Part shown: positions 25,152 through 26,423 of the stretch, piece by piece | Position numbering within the stretch: the stretch's first letter is position 1 | Layout of the letters: the number at the start of each line of letters is the position of its first letter | Virus record (IMG/VR): IMGVR_UViG_3300038679_000059 | Span: 1-26,423 of that record | Source of the DNA: a virus | Lineage: Duplodnaviria; Caudoviricetes | Strand: one strand, 5' to 3' | Length of the DNA stretch: 26,423 nucleotides | Translations under genes and position numbers: made by a program | The notes under the pieces: model-generated | What the model was told of the DNA's origin: nothing | Seen by the model: only the letters and a program-made list of their open reading frames with translations | Database searches by the model: none

Positions 25152-25271
25152 ATGAAAATAATCAAACTCACCTGTGGCAAATGTGGATATTCCTGGGTTC
25201 CCCGCAAAGAGAACCCCAAGGAATGTCCGGCTTGTAAAAATCGTAACTGGAATATGGAGGATAAGAAATGA
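25152..25271 (+). CDS. 39-aa Zn-finger microprotein (not in ORF track)
   Basis: MKIIKLTCGKCGYSWVPRKENPKECPACKNRNWNMEDKK; ATGA overlap with the next gene. Confidence 0.8.
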   Translation: MKIIKLTCGKCGYSWVPRKENPKECPACKNRNWNMEDKK

Positions 25272-25510
25272 ACGAATTTGCCTTCACCATGGCCCACTTC
25301 AAAGTCCCTGAGCCGCCGGTGAGCCCCCCGGAGCCCACGGACGAGGAGTATGACCGCAACGGCAGAAATTCGTGCCGCAAAGAGGCCATAGAGGCGGCAG
25401 GTACCCTCATTTCCCGTCTGGACGAGCTTGACCATGACGGGATTCACCGCCACACTCAGAAGCACTTGGAAGACCTCCAGGAGTATCTGGAGAACGATAT
25501 GGAGGATTGA
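25268..25510 (+). CDS. acidic hypothetical protein
   Basis: GGAGG RBS; coupled to both neighbours. Confidence 0.7.
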   Translation: MNEFAFTMAHFKVPEPPVSPPEPTDEEYDRNGRNSCRKEAIEAAGTLISRLDELDHDGIHRHTQKHLEDLQEYLENDMED

Positions 25511-25511
25511 T

Positions 25512-25676
25512 ATGAGACGACAGAATGACTTCGATGAACTCTGCCGGCGGCTGCTGGCCGAACAACCTGTCCGCAAGCCAGACTACGATCTGGTTTGGAG
25601 CCTGGTTTGTTACGGGTTGGCCGTGGTGGTTGCCACCTGTTTGATAGTCTGGGGCGGTCCAGCTTGGCCATTCTGA
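25512..25676 (+). CDS. 54-aa protein with C-terminal transmembrane helix
   Basis: GGAGG RBS at 25501; MRRQNDF...LVWSLVCYGLAVVVATCLIVWGG. Confidence 0.65.
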   Translation: MRRQNDFDELCRRLLAEQPVRKPDYDLVWSLVCYGLAVVVATCLIVWGGPAWPF

Positions 25677-25802
25677 AGAATCCCTTAGTATAGGGGGAAG
25701 GATTTGATGATGGTGATTTTGAGCCATCGAGTTCCCGCGTTTCCTGGAAATTTTTTCATCAAAAAAGTTGGCCTATACTATAAGCCTTTTAAAGGAGGCA
25801 CC

Positions 25803-26021
25803 ATGTCAGAAACCGTAAGTATCACCTTCGACGCCCTGATTCACATGACCGATAAGGCAGCCCTGTTCGACTTCGACGGGGACCAAAAATGGATACCCCT
25901 AAGCCTGATCGACCCTGACAGTTTGGCCGGCCTGGACCCGGAAGGGCAAGATACCCCTTGCGAGATCATCGTCCCTCTCTGGTTCGCCAAACAAGAAGGC
26001 CTTGAGTCCTATGAAAGTTGA
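25803..26021 (+). CDS. small phage hypothetical protein
   Basis: AAAGGAGG RBS, ATG 25803; TDKA.L...WIPLSLI...VPLWFAKQEGL pattern seen in small phage beta proteins. Confidence 0.75.
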   Translation: MSETVSITFDALIHMTDKAALFDFDGDQKWIPLSLIDPDSLAGLDPEGQDTPCEIIVPLWFAKQEGLESYES

Positions 26022-26271
26022 CTCCTTCTCCCACACCTTCCACTCCGGCTGGGCTACGGGCTCCGAGTCCTGGGTCATCCGTCGGTCCCCCTCGGGCGAC
26101 TACATTCTTCCCGGGGCCTCCGCCAACGACGACCACCAGGCCGTCAACCTCCTCCGGGTAGACGACGCCGGCAAGGTGATTCACGCCGCCAACCCGACCC
26201 CCAAGACCGAGCCTGAGAAGTTCGCCTGCATGTTCTTTGGGATTGTACCCAGGGATAAGTGGGAGCGATGA
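26011..26271 (+). CDS. hypothetical protein
   Basis: ATG 26011 overlaps the upstream gene end; codon usage is C/G-ending. Confidence 0.55.
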   Translation: MKVDSFSHTFHSGWATGSESWVIRRSPSGDYILPGASANDDHQAVNLLRVDDAGKVIHAANPTPKTEPEKFACMFFGIVPRDKWER

Positions 26272-26282
26272 CCGAAGTAAGG

Positions 26283-26311
26283 AAAAACGAAAGGCCCCTT
26301 CGGGGGCCTTC
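26283..26311. terminator. hairpin terminator, possibly bidirectional
   Basis: AAGGCCCC-TTCG-GGGGCCTT; T-tract is better on the minus strand. Confidence 0.75.
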
Positions 26312-26376
26312 AAATTACATCTTTGGTTCTGCCGGGCGACCCAGGGGCCTCGAAAACCCCTTTAATCCCAATACCA

Positions 26377-26415
26377 AATTACACTAATTACACTTTGAAA
26401 AATCAAAGTGTAATT
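26377..26415. repeat. AATTACACT direct repeat plus 13-bp perfect inverted repeat
   Basis: aattacact twice (26377-26394); aattacactttga-aaaa-tcaaagtgtaatt (26386-26415). Confidence 0.85.
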
Positions 26416-26423
26416 CATTTCGC

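Overview
Late (morphogenesis) region of a tailed phage or prophage with podovirus-like gene order, almost all on the minus strand. In transcription order: small and large terminase, several Zn-ribbon and hypothetical genes, portal, FmdB-like and Com-like Zn ribbons, scaffold, major capsid, and small decoration-like genes. Then come a nine-gene glycosyltransferase/methyltransferase block, head-tail adaptor, nozzle, coiled-coil peptide, collagen-like fibre, GNAT protein and Gly-rich ejection-like proteins. A short plus-strand operon lies at the right end. The best candidate novel system is phage-encoded mucin-type virion O-glycosylation. A ~210-aa Ser-Pro repeat is fused to a domain that is duplicated as a repeat-less neighbouring gene. 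Downstream lie three GTs with polypeptide GalNAc-transferase-like motifs, three paralogous ExD GT-A proteins, a GT8-like protein and two O-methyltransferases. Other highlights: a Com-like protein whose predicted RNA site overlaps a terminator just upstream of the capsid genes, and two small proteins whose N-termini resemble that of the major capsid protein. All product calls come from motif recall and synteny; no searches were run.
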